DNA of 64,000 nt from a virus. The translations under genes and the position numbers were made by a program. The stretch is taken from IMG/VR virus record IMGVR_UViG_3300031949_000002; one strand, 5' to 3'. A model generated the notes under the pieces. It did no database searches. It was not told the origin of the DNA and saw nothing but the letters and a program-made list of their open reading frames with translations. Below are positions 7,638-16,302 of this stretch, one piece after another (position 1 is the first letter of the stretch; every line of letters begins with the position of its first letter).

Positions 7638-8822
7638 GTGAAGCTCCGCTACCGCTTCCGCTTCTACCCCACCGAGGAGCAGGAGCGCGTCCTCGCCCGC
7701 GTCTTCGGCGCGTGCCGCTACGTCTACAACTGGGGCCTCCGCCTCCGGTCCGACGCGTACAAGAACGAGAAGCTCTCGTTTACTTACGTGGATTCCAGCG
7801 CCGCGCTGACCGCGCTCAAGAAGACGCCGGAGCATGCCTGGCTCAACGAGGTCTCCAGCGTACCGACTCAGCAAGCGCTCCGACACCTCCAGACCGCCTT
7901 CGTCGCCTTCTTCGAGAAGCGCTCCAAGTACCCTGCTTTCAAGCGCAAGGCGGGCGAGCAGAGCGCGGAGTATACACGCTCCGCCTTCTCCTGGCACGCC
8001 TCGGATCGGTCGCTCGCACTCTCCGGCGTCGGCAGGCTCAAGATCCGTTGGTCCAGGATCTTCCGATCCGAGCCCACCACCGTTACGGTCAAGAGGGATA
8101 CCGCAGGTAGGTACTTCGCGACGCTCTGCCTGGACGAAGAGATCGAGAAGCTTCCGGCCATCCATCGCCCGGTCGGAATCGACCTGGGCATCACGGCTCT
8201 GGCGACCCTCTCGACCGGCGAGAAGATCGAGAATCCGCGGCACATCAAGCGCCTGGAGCGTCGGCTCACCCGCGCGCAGCGCGACCTCTCGCGGAAAAAG
8301 AAAGGCTCTCACCGGAGAGAGTTCCAGCGACTCCGGCTCGCGCGCATCTACGCGAAGCTCTCCGACGCGCGGATGGACTACCTGCACAAGATCACGACGG
8401 ACATCGTCCGGCGCTTCGACGTCGTCTCCATCGAAGACCTGAACGTTCGCGGCATGGCTAAGAACCACAGCCTTGCCCGCGCGATCAGCGACGCAGCGCT
8501 CGGACGGTTTCGCCGGATGATCGAGTATAAGTGCGCCTGGTACGGGCCGGAACTGAGGCTTGTAGACCGGTTCTACCCGTCGAGCAAGCGCTGCTTCGAC
8601 TGCGGCTACGTCCTGGAGACGCTGGACCGAGGATGCCGCGAGTGGATCTGTCCCCAGTGTGGAAAGAAGCACGACCGCGACGAGAACGCTGCAAAGAACA
8701 TTCTGGCGGCCGGACAGGCCGTGACTGCGCGTGGAGGGACGGTAAGACCGATCCGTCGTGGACGGAGCGGCGCATCCCTGCGAAGCGCGAACCAGCCTGA
8801 GAGTACGCATAAAGCCTCTTAG
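7638..8822 (+). CDS. tnpB: TnpB RNA-guided endonuclease (394 aa)
   Basis: KLRYRFRFYPT HTH; VGIDLG, IEDLNV, DRDENAAKNI RuvC motifs; CFDC/CPQC Zn finger. Confidence 0.95.
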   Translation: MKLRYRFRFYPTEEQERVLARVFGACRYVYNWGLRLRSDAYKNEKLSFTYVDSSAALTALKKTPEHAWLNEVSSVPTQQALRHLQTAFVAFFEKRSKYPAFKRKAGEQSAEYTRSAFSWHASDRSLALSGVGRLKIRWSRIFRSEPTTVTVKRDTAGRYFATLCLDEEIEKLPAIHRPVGIDLGITALATLSTGEKIENPRHIKRLERRLTRAQRDLSRKKKGSHRREFQRLRLARIYAKLSDARMDYLHKITTDIVRRFDVVSIEDLNVRGMAKNHSLARAISDAALGRFRRMIEYKCAWYGPELRLVDRFYPSSKRCFDCGYVLETLDRGCREWICPQCGKKHDRDENAAKNILAAGQAVTARGGTVRPIRRGRSGASLRSANQPESTHKAS

Positions 8823-8899
8823 GAATCCTCGCCCTTTAGGGCGGGGAGGATGTCAAAAACCGCGGGCTCTACCTTTGAGCTAACGGCCCGGGAGACAGC

Positions 8900-11800
8900 T
8901 TACGCCTCGTCGTCGCTATCATCCAGGACCTCCTCAGCTTCGGAACTCTGCTTCGGTTCAAGATCGAACACGAAGTCCATCGGAAGATCGGCTGTCCCGT
9001 CCTTGCCCACCTCGGTCTTCTCCGGATACAGATCGTCGTCATCATCCCAACTGTGCGCCTCCGAAGGCTTCTTGTACCCGAGGCGCTTGCACTCCTCGTA
9101 GAGCTTCCGCAGCGACTTCCCGTGCGGGTCCACTCCGCGATCGATCAGGAACATCAGGTGCGGCCGGACTTCGTGCGGCCTGAACCGGTTGTTTCCTTCC
9201 TTGAAGCCGAGCATCTTCTTGTGCTCGGGCCAGAGATCGGGATCACCGTACTCCGAGATGAACTCGCGATACGCCTTTTCCTCAACGGCCTTCCCGATCC
9301 CAGCTTCGAGAGCGCTAACCGCATCCTCGACGCGTTCGCGGAGCGCGTCCCTCTTCTTCTCGGCCGCGGTAAGCCTCGTAATCTCTTCCCGGAACCGCTG
9401 CTCGTTTTCCTCGCTGCGCCAAATCACGCTCTGGCCCTCGCTACGGTAGCGGTAGCCCGGCTCCCAAGGGAACGTTCCTTCGAAAGTACGCGATCCGCCG
9501 CCCGCATAGAACCTGTGCGTGACCTCTCCCTTCTTGCGCTCCCAGTCGATCGATCCGGAGACAAGACCGACCCGATCCCATTCTCCGGTCATGAGGTATC
9601 TCGGAATCGAGTTCCGATCCTCCGCGTACCAGACCGCGAAGTCCACCTTTCCGCGGCTGTCCCTGCCGCGTGTGATCACGATCGGACGCTTCTTCTCGTC
9701 TTTCTTTTTCTGCTGCGCAAGGTGCAGGACGGTGGCCTGGACGATCCGCTCGACTTCAGGATCGGTAAGCTCGAATCCCATGCGCGTGTCGCGCACCCAG
9801 GCATCCCAGCGGGGAGACCTCCAGAGTTCGGCCCACCGCCAGTGTCGGTCATCAACCAGCGTCCATTCCCGAAGCTGAACCGATCCGAGACTCTTCGGGT
9901 CTTTCATCCCCTTGGGGAAGGAGTAGACGAACTCGTGGACCCAGATGTTCTCGTCGGTCCTCGCGGCCCGAAGCGCGACGTAGTGGCTCCCGCGCTTGTG
10001 GCCGATGTAGATCGCGTCCGAGACTCGCGAACGAAGCTCTTCGACGACCGCGGCATGGATCGACGCGCGGTCTCGACGGTCCTTCCGCAGGCCCTCCCGG
10101 GTTCCGAACTCCCGAACGATCATCCGGAGCGCCTTCTTGTCGTTCTCCTTCAGACCGCGCTTCGTCTTGTTCTTGAACTTGTACCAGCGCACGAGGTCGG
10201 GGACGGCCCTCTCGGCACGCTCGATCGAGACTCCGTATTCCGTGCTGATACTCCCAGCTAAGAGCTTGCGGAACGGCTCCTCCTCGCTCAACTCCCGCTC
10301 CTTCGCCCTCTTCACGCAACGGAGAAGCGGAAACATCTCAAGGTAGTTGTGCCGATCCACCCTGGACCCGAGATAGAACACGATGTCGGCCGGGTCCACG
10401 TCGTCGTAGTTGATGAAGAGGCGTGAGTCGCGGTTGACCGAACAGGAGGCCCTCTTCTGGGACTTCCGGACGCCTTCGTACGGGACGTAGATCTCGTCGT
10501 TCCTGACGTAGCGGAATTTTACGCTGCCTCCATCGACCTCGTCCACACTGTAGATCTCGAAGTCCTCAGGCGGGTCTGCCCTTTTCGGCGAAATATGTAC
10601 GTAATTCTTCGCCTCGTAGCGCCTCCAGGCCCCGACGATCCGGTGACCCTTGCGAACCTTCGAGTTCAGGTCCTCGAACCACTCCTCGAATGACTTCTTG
10701 CCGCTCGGGAGGCAAAGCTCCGCATCGTGAATGAACCGCAGCGCCTTCTCGTACGTCTCCGGATTTCCGACGTTGAGCCTGGCGACAGGCAATGGCCGGA
10801 ATACGACGGTACGGTCCAGGATCCCCTGGAGGAATAGGAGGATGCGGAGGTAGTGCCGCTGCTCTTCGTCCGCCTTCTCCACCGCCTCCATGTACTCCCT
10901 GCTGCCCGGTCGGATCGCTTCCCTTCTCTGCTTGTGCGTGTCCCAGTCGTAGCGGATCGCGGTGAAGATGCGGTCATACTCGTCACGTCGAGGGAAGAGG
11001 ACGTCATCAACCTCAAGATCCGTGCCGATCCTGTACAGGTTCTCTCCGTTCCGGAGCAGAAAGTACGTCTTGAGGTTCTTCTTGTTCATCTCCGCGTTTG
11101 CGTACGCACTGTTCGTGTACTCGACCGTTCTGCGCCGCGGCTTGATCGCCACCATGCCCTTGATCTCGGGCAGGACTTGCTCAAGGTTGGAAGGATCGGA
11201 CACCCACTTGTCGAACTCCTCGATCTTCTGGAAGTCGAGCCCTCCACTTTCCGCGTTGATCACGCTCTCCTCGTCCATGAAGAGGACGAGTTGCCGGATC
11301 GAGATCGGCTCTTCCTTCGGAGCCGGTACGCCCTTCTTCAACTGAAGAATCGTCTCGTCTTTGCCCAGGTAGAGGTTGATGGTCCAGACCGCTTCCTCCA
11401 GGCGTTCGACTACCTCCATGATGCCTTTAACGCTCAGTTCGAGCGCCGTGCTCTGCTCTTCGAGGAGGGCGGCGAGTTCTTTCTGCTTCGCCTGGATCGT
11501 CTTCTGGAACTTCTGAAGCGCGTTCCTGGTCTCTGCGACGCGGCGCTTGACCTCGCGCGGCTTCGACGGGACGATCAGTTCCTTGCTGTCCGACATCTCG
11601 ACCGGAGCTTCGTCCGGCCCGAGGAGGCCGTAGGTTTCCCGGACAAGCTGGTCCTGCCGGTCCGGAACCTTCAAAACTTCCTCCATCAGAGCGGCGATCT
11701 GCCCCTGACGCTCCTTCAGGCCGCTCGGGTCGAGACGGAACTTCGACTCGAAGTCGTCGAAGTCGGTCTCGCTGAAGTGATGGTCCTTATATAGGAAGTC

Positions 11801-11908
11801 GAACTTGTCCGCGCTTCCTCCGACGACGAGCACAAGTTCTCCGACCCGGAGCTTGACCCCGCAGCAATTGTGCTCCTGGACGACGCGGTAGTACCCTCTC
11901 TGAATCAT
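8900..11908 (-). CDS. Large hypothetical protein (1002 aa) with coiled-coil region
   Basis: Long ORF with consistent codon usage; no recognised catalytic motif. Confidence 0.85.
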   Translation of the reverse strand: MIQRGYYRVVQEHNCCGVKLRVGELVLVVGGSADKFDFLYKDHHFSETDFDDFESKFRLDPSGLKERQGQIAALMEEVLKVPDRQDQLVRETYGLLGPDEAPVEMSDSKELIVPSKPREVKRRVAETRNALQKFQKTIQAKQKELAALLEEQSTALELSVKGIMEVVERLEEAVWTINLYLGKDETILQLKKGVPAPKEEPISIRQLVLFMDEESVINAESGGLDFQKIEEFDKWVSDPSNLEQVLPEIKGMVAIKPRRRTVEYTNSAYANAEMNKKNLKTYFLLRNGENLYRIGTDLEVDDVLFPRRDEYDRIFTAIRYDWDTHKQRREAIRPGSREYMEAVEKADEEQRHYLRILLFLQGILDRTVVFRPLPVARLNVGNPETYEKALRFIHDAELCLPSGKKSFEEWFEDLNSKVRKGHRIVGAWRRYEAKNYVHISPKRADPPEDFEIYSVDEVDGGSVKFRYVRNDEIYVPYEGVRKSQKRASCSVNRDSRLFINYDDVDPADIVFYLGSRVDRHNYLEMFPLLRCVKRAKERELSEEEPFRKLLAGSISTEYGVSIERAERAVPDLVRWYKFKNKTKRGLKENDKKALRMIVREFGTREGLRKDRRDRASIHAAVVEELRSRVSDAIYIGHKRGSHYVALRAARTDENIWVHEFVYSFPKGMKDPKSLGSVQLREWTLVDDRHWRWAELWRSPRWDAWVRDTRMGFELTDPEVERIVQATVLHLAQQKKKDEKKRPIVITRGRDSRGKVDFAVWYAEDRNSIPRYLMTGEWDRVGLVSGSIDWERKKGEVTHRFYAGGGSRTFEGTFPWEPGYRYRSEGQSVIWRSEENEQRFREEITRLTAAEKKRDALRERVEDAVSALEAGIGKAVEEKAYREFISEYGDPDLWPEHKKMLGFKEGNNRFRPHEVRPHLMFLIDRGVDPHGKSLRKLYEECKRLGYKKPSEAHSWDDDDDLYPEKTEVGKDGTADLPMDFVFDLEPKQSSEAEEVLDDSDDEA

Positions 11909-11949
11909 GCAGCTAGTCTAACACTTGTTAACATCTGTGACAAGAAGAA

Positions 11950-12022
11950 TCGGGGCGGCCGGAATCGAACCGGCCTCGTACCCGGTCCCAGGCCGGGCGG
12001 GAAACCACTCCCCAACGCCCCG
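11950..12022 (-). tRNA. trnP: tRNA-Pro(TGG)
   Basis: CCCGG-CCTGGGA-CCGGG. Confidence 0.85.
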
Positions 12023-12028
12023 GATATA

Positions 12029-12106
12029 TGCCAGCGGCGGGATTCGAACCCGCACCATTCTACCTCCTCGGGGTAGCGCCTCTGCCGTAGGTTGGGCTAC
12101 GCTGGC
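12029..12106 (-). tRNA. trnL: tRNA-Leu(GAG), short variable arm
   Basis: CTACC-CCGAGGA-GGTAG. Confidence 0.8.
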
Positions 12107-12110
12107 GTGA

Positions 12111-12183
12111 TGGTCCCTAGAGGACTCGCACCTCTGACATCCTCCGTGTAGGGGAGGCGTTCTAGCTACTGAACTAAGGGACC
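12111..12183 (-). tRNA. trnV: tRNA-Val(TAC)
   Basis: CCTCC-CCTACAC-GGAGG. Confidence 0.85.
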
Positions 12184-12184
12184 T

Positions 12185-12258
12185 TGGTGCCCGCGGGAGG
12201 AGTCGCACCTCCGAGTCCTGGATGTGACCCAGGCGGTTTCCTGTTAGCCTACGCGGGC
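12185..12258 (-). tRNA. trnV: tRNA-Val(CAC), encoded CCA
   Basis: CCTGG-GTCACAT-CCAGG. Confidence 0.85.
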
Positions 12259-12443
12259 TGGCTTTCCTTGTTGTCCTCTTTGCAGAGGAGAACCGACAGT
12301 TCGGAGTGGACGCCGCGCGCCTCGACGCAGTTCGGGCACGGCCCCCAGGCTCCGTACTGATTGCCCTTGCAGTCGCAGTTTTCGCCGTACTGCCAGAGCA
12401 GGTTCTTGAGCTTGAGCAGTAGCTCGCGGTCGATCCGGACCAT
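12249..12443 (-). CDS. Small Cys-rich hypothetical protein
   Basis: 64 aa, GAGGGTGG RBS, CDC..CPNC. Confidence 0.5.
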   Translation of the reverse strand: MVRIDRELLLKLKNLLWQYGENCDCKGNQYGAWGPCPNCVEARGVHSELSVLLCKEDNKESQPA

Positions 12444-12462
12444 TCCACCCTCCAGAGTTCTA

Positions 12463-12535
12463 TAGCGGGCGCAGGAGTCGAACCTGCATTCTCCGGGTTA
12501 TGAGCCCGGTATGGATCCAATTCCACCAGCCCGCA
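12463..12535 (-). tRNA. trnfM: tRNA-Met(CAT), initiator-like
   Basis: 1:72 mismatch and GGG/CCC anticodon stem. Confidence 0.85.
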
Positions 12536-12541
12536 AGTATT

Positions 12542-12802
12542 TCAGCGCCGCAGGCCGGTCTTCTTCTCGGCGTCCCGGACGATCATCCGGAACTCCCCCG
12601 GCGTCTGCGGATAGTCCTTCTTGCACTCCTTCGCGACTTCGCGCGTGAGTTCGGTCATCTGCTGGTGGCACTCCTTCGTGCCGCCCTGGACCGCGAAGTT
12701 GTCGCCGAGCGTGATCCTCGCCTTTCCGTCTCCGCACTGCATGATGCCGTGGACGACGAAGCGCTTCTTCTCACTCATCTGCTGCTCCACTCTTCCTTGC
12801 AA
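12542..12802 (-). CDS. Hypothetical protein
   Basis: ORF between tRNAs, coupled to upstream gene. Confidence 0.55.
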   Translation of the reverse strand: MQGRVEQQMSEKKRFVVHGIMQCGDGKARITLGDNFAVQGGTKECHQQMTELTREVAKECKKDYPQTPGEFRMIVRDAEKKTGLRR

Positions 12803-13397
12803 CCGCAGCCTTGATCAGCGCGACGATCTCCTGGCCCGAGACGCGGTCTTCCACTCCGGTCCACCGGATCCCAGGCGCGATGTTGTAGTCTACCGCATAC
12901 CTGTTCCCGTCGCGATCGTAAACGCAATCGACCGCGAAGAGCGGCGCGTCGATATGGGGATGGTACCCCGAGCCCTCCGACTGGATCGCGATCTCGACCT
13001 CTCCGACGTTCGACCTCCAGGTATCGTCACTGCGGTAGCGTAGTATCCAGGATCTCGCGCCGATCTGCAAGAGTCGGAAGCTCTCCGGAGGACTTTCGAT
13101 GTACTCCGATGCGTAGGCGTCTGGGTACTTCTCCTGAGTCTCGATTGACGGTAGGAGCAGCTTACCTTCTCCGCGGTGAGACCCCTCGTCCGTGTAGACC
13201 ACGAGCTTCTTCAGAAGCGGAGCGATGTCACGAACTCGTCCGTGACGTGGCGTCGTAAACCCGACCGTCGAGAGCCATCGGAGCATCTCGGGTCGCGACA
13301 TCCCTTCGGTCGAGACCCGGCGGAACTCGTAGCCTTCGTGATCGAACCAGTGGTCGTAATGTGGCTCGCGCCAGTCCGAGATCAGTCGTACCTTCAT
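12771..13397 (-). CDS. Hypothetical protein, possibly ATP-grasp-like
   Basis: Start MKVRLISDW; C-terminal LFAVD..YAVDYNIAPG resembles ATP-grasp end. Confidence 0.6.
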   Translation of the reverse strand: MKVRLISDWREPHYDHWFDHEGYEFRRVSTEGMSRPEMLRWLSTVGFTTPRHGRVRDIAPLLKKLVVYTDEGSHRGEGKLLLPSIETQEKYPDAYASEYIESPPESFRLLQIGARSWILRYRSDDTWRSNVGEVEIAIQSEGSGYHPHIDAPLFAVDCVYDRDGNRYAVDYNIAPGIRWTGVEDRVSGQEIVALIKAAVARKSGAADE

Positions 13398-13399
13398 AG

Positions 13400-13474
13400 T
13401 GCCCGCTGCTGGATTCGAACCAGCACTGTCCATGTCCTGAGCATGGCGACTCCTGCCAATTGGTCTAAGCGGGC
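13400..13474 (-). tRNA. trnL: tRNA-Leu(CAG), short variable arm
   Basis: CCATG-CTCAGGA-CATGG. Confidence 0.85.
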
Positions 13475-13475
13475 T

Positions 13476-13552
13476 TGGTGGGCGCGCTCGGATTCGAACC
13501 GAGATGCCCACGCTTTAAGGGTGGCCCTTTACCGGAGTTAGGGTACGCGCCC
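13476..13552 (-). tRNA. trnL: tRNA-Leu(TAA), short variable arm, encoded CCA
   Basis: Loop CTTAAAG. Confidence 0.8.
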
Positions 13553-13557
13553 ACGAG

Positions 13558-13638
13558 TGAGCCGGGCGAGAATCGAACTCGCACGCAATGAAGCATCGCG
13601 TCCTAAGCGCGACGTGTCTACCGTTTCACCACCGGCCC
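13558..13638 (-). tRNA. trnL: tRNA-Leu(TAG)
   Basis: TCGCG-CTTAGGA-CGCGA, long arm. Confidence 0.85.
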
Positions 13639-13652
13639 GTGCGATTTCCAAG

Positions 13653-13735
13653 TGGGGATGGGGAGAGTCGAACTCCCACGCCCGAAGGCAGGTGATTTTG
13701 AATCACCCGTGTATACCAGTTCCAACCACATCCCC
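13653..13735 (-). tRNA. trnL: tRNA-Leu(CAA)
   Basis: GGTGA-TTCAAAA-TCACC, long arm. Confidence 0.85.
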
Positions 13736-13739
13736 TGGC

Positions 13740-13985
13740 TCACTGCGCTTCCGTCGCTCCGTGAAAGACCTCATCGACCCGAACCGTCTGCTCGCTCAAC
13801 TCCTCAAGATACTTCGGATAGACCAGTCCCCGATCCGCGGGGTCGATCGAGGCGAGGTCGTGAAGGAGGCCACAAGTGCAGATCTTGATCCGGAAGATCT
13901 CACAGTCCCCATGATGGACGATCGACCCGTTAGGATGCGCCTGCGTCTTCCGGAAGTACCGTTCCCGCAGCTTCTGAATTCTCAT
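13740..13985 (-). CDS. Hypothetical protein
   Basis: MRIQKLRERYF..., HHGDC..CTCGL. Confidence 0.55.
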   Translation of the reverse strand: MRIQKLRERYFRKTQAHPNGSIVHHGDCEIFRIKICTCGLLHDLASIDPADRGLVYPKYLEELSEQTVRVDEVFHGATEAQ

Positions 13986-14053
13986 GACGTTCTCCCTGCC
14001 TGAAGAAAACGCATGAGTTAGTATCGGTCTTTTTCGAGAACGATTCAATGCTA

Positions 14054-14126
14054 TGGGTGCGGCGGGGCTCGAACCCGCACTTTCCTGTGTAAGAAACAGG
14101 CACGCTGCCGCTCGCGTCCCGCACCC
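14054..14126 (-). tRNA. trnK: tRNA-Lys(CTT)
   Basis: CCTGT-TTCTTAC-ACAGG. Confidence 0.8.
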
Positions 14127-14131
14127 AAGAA

Positions 14132-14205
14132 TGCGCTCGGTCGGAATCGAACCGACGTCCCCTCGCTTAAAAGGCGAGTACAAAGCCAACGTTTGTTACG
14201 AGCGC
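14132..14205 (-). tRNA. trnK: tRNA-Lys(TTT)
   Basis: CTCGC-CTTTTAA-GCGAG. Confidence 0.85.
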
Positions 14206-14261
14206 ATCACGACCTGTCCTATGCCTGCGATGTTCCTAGCAAGCCATCCTTGAGATCGCGC

Positions 14262-15077
14262 TCACTGACAGGCTTGTTTTCGCTTTCTTTCTCGATACGA
14301 CCGAGCCCACTCTCTGCTTACGAGCTTGCACTCATCGCACTTTACTGGTCCGCACCTTTGATACGCCCACAAAGAGGCTCCGTGCATGATGGGTTTTTTA
14401 GCTCTCTCACTCCTTCGCAGTCCACCGAAAGGAGCCGCGAGCGCCCTCCAGCCCTTGTGCTGAGTTTTGTGCCCGTTTACCACCTCAGACATCTTGAAAC
14501 GGCTTAGTCCGTATTTCGCGCAGTGCTCTTTCATGTTTGTAAACGTCGTTACCTGACCGTCTGGACTCGCCATCGTATAGGTCTTTTGGTTGACCTGGAT
14601 CGACCTTTGGTAGGCTTGCGGACTTGCTATGCGCCCAGAAAGCAAGGTCGATAGTTTCCGTTTTGTTTCGTTTGTAACTCTGTGCCCCTTATGGCTGTCC
14701 GATAACCTCCTGCGGGTCTCGGCCGAAACTATCCTTCCACTGCTCTTAGCAGAGATCTTGCGCTTCGTCTCCTCGGACATCTTACCGGGACCGTTACCAG
14801 CGCGTAAGTTGTAGCCATTCGGAGAAAACGTGTTGAACAACTGTACGTAGAAGATCTCCATCCAGTTCAGTTCCTCTTGGGAGGAGCAGGCGCAGAGTTC
14901 CTCCACGTCGAAGCTCGCCTTCCCGTATTTCTTGATCGCAAGAGCGATCGGCATGCGATTATCCGAAGTCGAGGGCCAGCAGTGTCTCCGCCATCGGTTC
15001 GCGATGGTTTGCACGGTCTGTCCGACGTAAAGCTTGCCCGTAGCTCTGTTCGTGACCATATAGATCCGCATAGGCAA
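14262..15077 (-). CDS. GIY-YIG homing endonuclease with NUMOD3-like repeats
   Basis: IYMVTN..KLYVGQT..RWRRH; NGYNL; SEETKRKIS/SAETRRRLS repeats. Confidence 0.9.
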   Translation of the reverse strand: MPMRIYMVTNRATGKLYVGQTVQTIANRWRRHCWPSTSDNRMPIALAIKKYGKASFDVEELCACSSQEELNWMEIFYVQLFNTFSPNGYNLRAGNGPGKMSEETKRKISAKSSGRIVSAETRRRLSDSHKGHRVTNETKRKLSTLLSGRIASPQAYQRSIQVNQKTYTMASPDGQVTTFTNMKEHCAKYGLSRFKMSEVVNGHKTQHKGWRALAAPFGGLRRSERAKKPIMHGASLWAYQRCGPVKCDECKLVSREWARSYRERKRKQACQ

Positions 15078-15118
15078 ACTCGATTGGAGTTTACCATCGC
15101 ACCGATTGACGAATCAAG

Positions 15119-15192
15119 TAGCCCGTGCGGGTGCTGCCCCCGCTCCTCGACCTTGAAAGGATCGTGACCTAGCTAACGTAGTCGAACGGGCC
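15119..15192 (-). tRNA. trnE: tRNA-Glu(TTC)
   Basis: CGATC-CTTTCAA-GGTCG; atypical T loop. Confidence 0.8.
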
Positions 15193-15196
15193 TTGA

Positions 15197-15268
15197 TAGT
15201 CCCAGGGGGAGTTGAACCCACCGTTTCCAGATTGAGAATCTGGCGGCCTACCGTTAGCCGATGGGACC
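15197..15268 (-). tRNA. trnE: tRNA-Glu(CTC)
   Basis: CCAGA-TTCTCAA-TCTGG. Confidence 0.85.
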
Positions 15269-15269
15269 G

Positions 15270-15344
15270 TGGTATCCCCGGCAGGAATCGCACCTGCATT
15301 GGTCCGGGTAGAAACCGGATGCCTCTCTGTTCGGCCACGGGGAC
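15270..15344 (-). tRNA. trnR: tRNA-Arg(TCT), encoded CCA
   Basis: TCCGG-TTTCTAC-CCGGA. Confidence 0.85.
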
Positions 15345-15349
15345 GAGAG

Positions 15350-15432
15350 CACCAGGGGCAGGATTCGAACCTGCATACTCTTTCGAGCGCCGCATTAACG
15401 GTGCGGTGGGCTACCGATTACCCGACCCTGGT
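15350..15432 (-). tRNA. trnN: tRNA with GTT (Asn) anticodon and long variable arm
   Basis: CCGCA-CCGTTAA-TGCGG; extra arm CTC-GAAA-GAG. Confidence 0.75.
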
Positions 15433-15437
15433 AGGAA

Positions 15438-15510
15438 GGCTGGCGACCGGCTTTGCACCGGTAACCTCCCGCTTACGAAGCGGGTGCTCTACTGACTGAG
15501 CTACGCCAGC
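15438..15510 (-). tRNA. trnT: tRNA-Thr(CGT)
   Basis: CCCGC-TTCGTAA-GCGGG. Confidence 0.85.
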
Positions 15511-15514
15511 ATAG

Positions 15515-15587
15515 AGGGCGCGGCGGGTGCTGCCCCCGCTAACAACCGCTTTGCAGGCGGCCCCGTTTGCTGATTCGGTACGCGCCC
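15515..15587 (-). tRNA. trnC: tRNA-Cys(GCA)
   Basis: GCCGC-CTGCAAA-GCGGT; U73. Confidence 0.8.
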
Positions 15588-15595
15588 AGACGGAG

Positions 15596-15685
15596 CGGAG
15601 AGTGCGCGAGTCGAACGCGCGTCACGTCTCGCGACGTGGACGGTTTAGCGGACCGTTCTGGCGAACCGACAGCCAGCTACTCTCC
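15596..15685 (-). tRNA. trnS: tRNA-Ser(GCT)
   Basis: ACGGT-CCGCTAA-ACCGT, long arm. Confidence 0.85.
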
Positions 15686-15697
15686 AGGACATGAAGA

Positions 15698-15786
15698 CGG
15701 AGAGGGCCGGATTCGAACCGGCGACGCCTTGTGCGCGCCCGCGTTTTCCAAACGCGTACCCGCAGCCAAACCGGGACGTCCTCTCC
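15698..15786 (-). tRNA. trnS: tRNA-Ser(GGA)
   Basis: CGCGT-TTGGAAA-ACGCG, long arm. Confidence 0.85.
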
Positions 15787-15814
15787 AAGAAGTGCCTCCG
15801 AAGCTCGATCGCAC

Positions 15815-16012
15815 CTACTGCATGCGCCGAACGCAACTACAGACCTCCCACTTGCCGGTGAGGCGGTGGAGGCCCTCGCCCAAGCACACGATGCAGCTAG
15901 AGTTGGCCTTGTTGGCGGCCCGTTGGATGAAGGTGTTGAGATCGATGCGAAACTCTTCCGTTGACTCGATCCGTCTCGCGCGTGGATCCGGGCTCCCGAA
16001 GATGTACGTCAC
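15815..16012 (-). CDS. Small Zn-ribbon-like hypothetical protein
   Basis: CIVC..CSC; GTG overlaps upstream stop. Confidence 0.5.
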   Translation of the reverse strand: MTYIFGSPDPRARRIESTEEFRIDLNTFIQRAANKANSSCIVCLGEGLHRLTGKWEVCSCVRRMQ

Positions 16013-16263
16013 TTCTTCGCCCGTTTGCCGAACCCCTGCGCGAAGGCGACAGGAACCGTGACGACCGGGAAGATGCCGCCCATCAGCCCCCACCAGATCG
16101 CCCATCCGACCGACTTGTTCCTCTTGTAGCCGTGGTAGGCCGAGATTGCGGTTCCGGCCACACCGAGAGCGCCCCAGAGCACCTTGTAGAGAGTCGAGCG
16201 CGAGGAGGTGTCGGTGTCCTGGCTCAGAGTACCGACACCTTGCGTTCCAGCGGAGAGGTACAT
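16009..16263 (-). CDS. Small membrane protein, MYLS-type N-terminus
   Basis: Two hydrophobic segments around AYHGYKRN, basic tail. Confidence 0.7.
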   Translation of the reverse strand: MYLSAGTQGVGTLSQDTDTSSRSTLYKVLWGALGVAGTAISAYHGYKRNKSVGWAIWWGLMGGIFPVVTVPVAFAQGFGKRAKK

Positions 16264-16302
16264 GAGTCCATTATCCCCTCGCGACAAGGACGAGTCAAGA
16301 AG

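Larger units (their letters stand above)
7546..8856 (+). mobile_element. IS200/IS605-family tnpB-only element
   Basis: Left flank TTAT, right end TCAA; related subterminal hairpins CCTCGGCCTTCAGGCCGAGG and CCTCGCCCTTTAGGGCGGGGAGG; no tnpA. Confidence 0.85.
7508..8889 (-). pseudogene. trnI: tRNA-Ile (reconstructed UAU) split by IS: 5' half 8857-8889, 3' half 7508-7545
   Basis: Acceptor GGGCCGT/ACGGCCT, D arm and T arm intact; removing 7546-8856 restores CGCGG-TTTATAA-CCGCA. Confidence 0.8.

Noticed and set aside
7546-8856. IStron (group I intron-IS) or spliceable tRNA intron
   Set aside because: Only ~90 nt precede tnpB, no intron core is visible, and the tRNA is on the opposite strand
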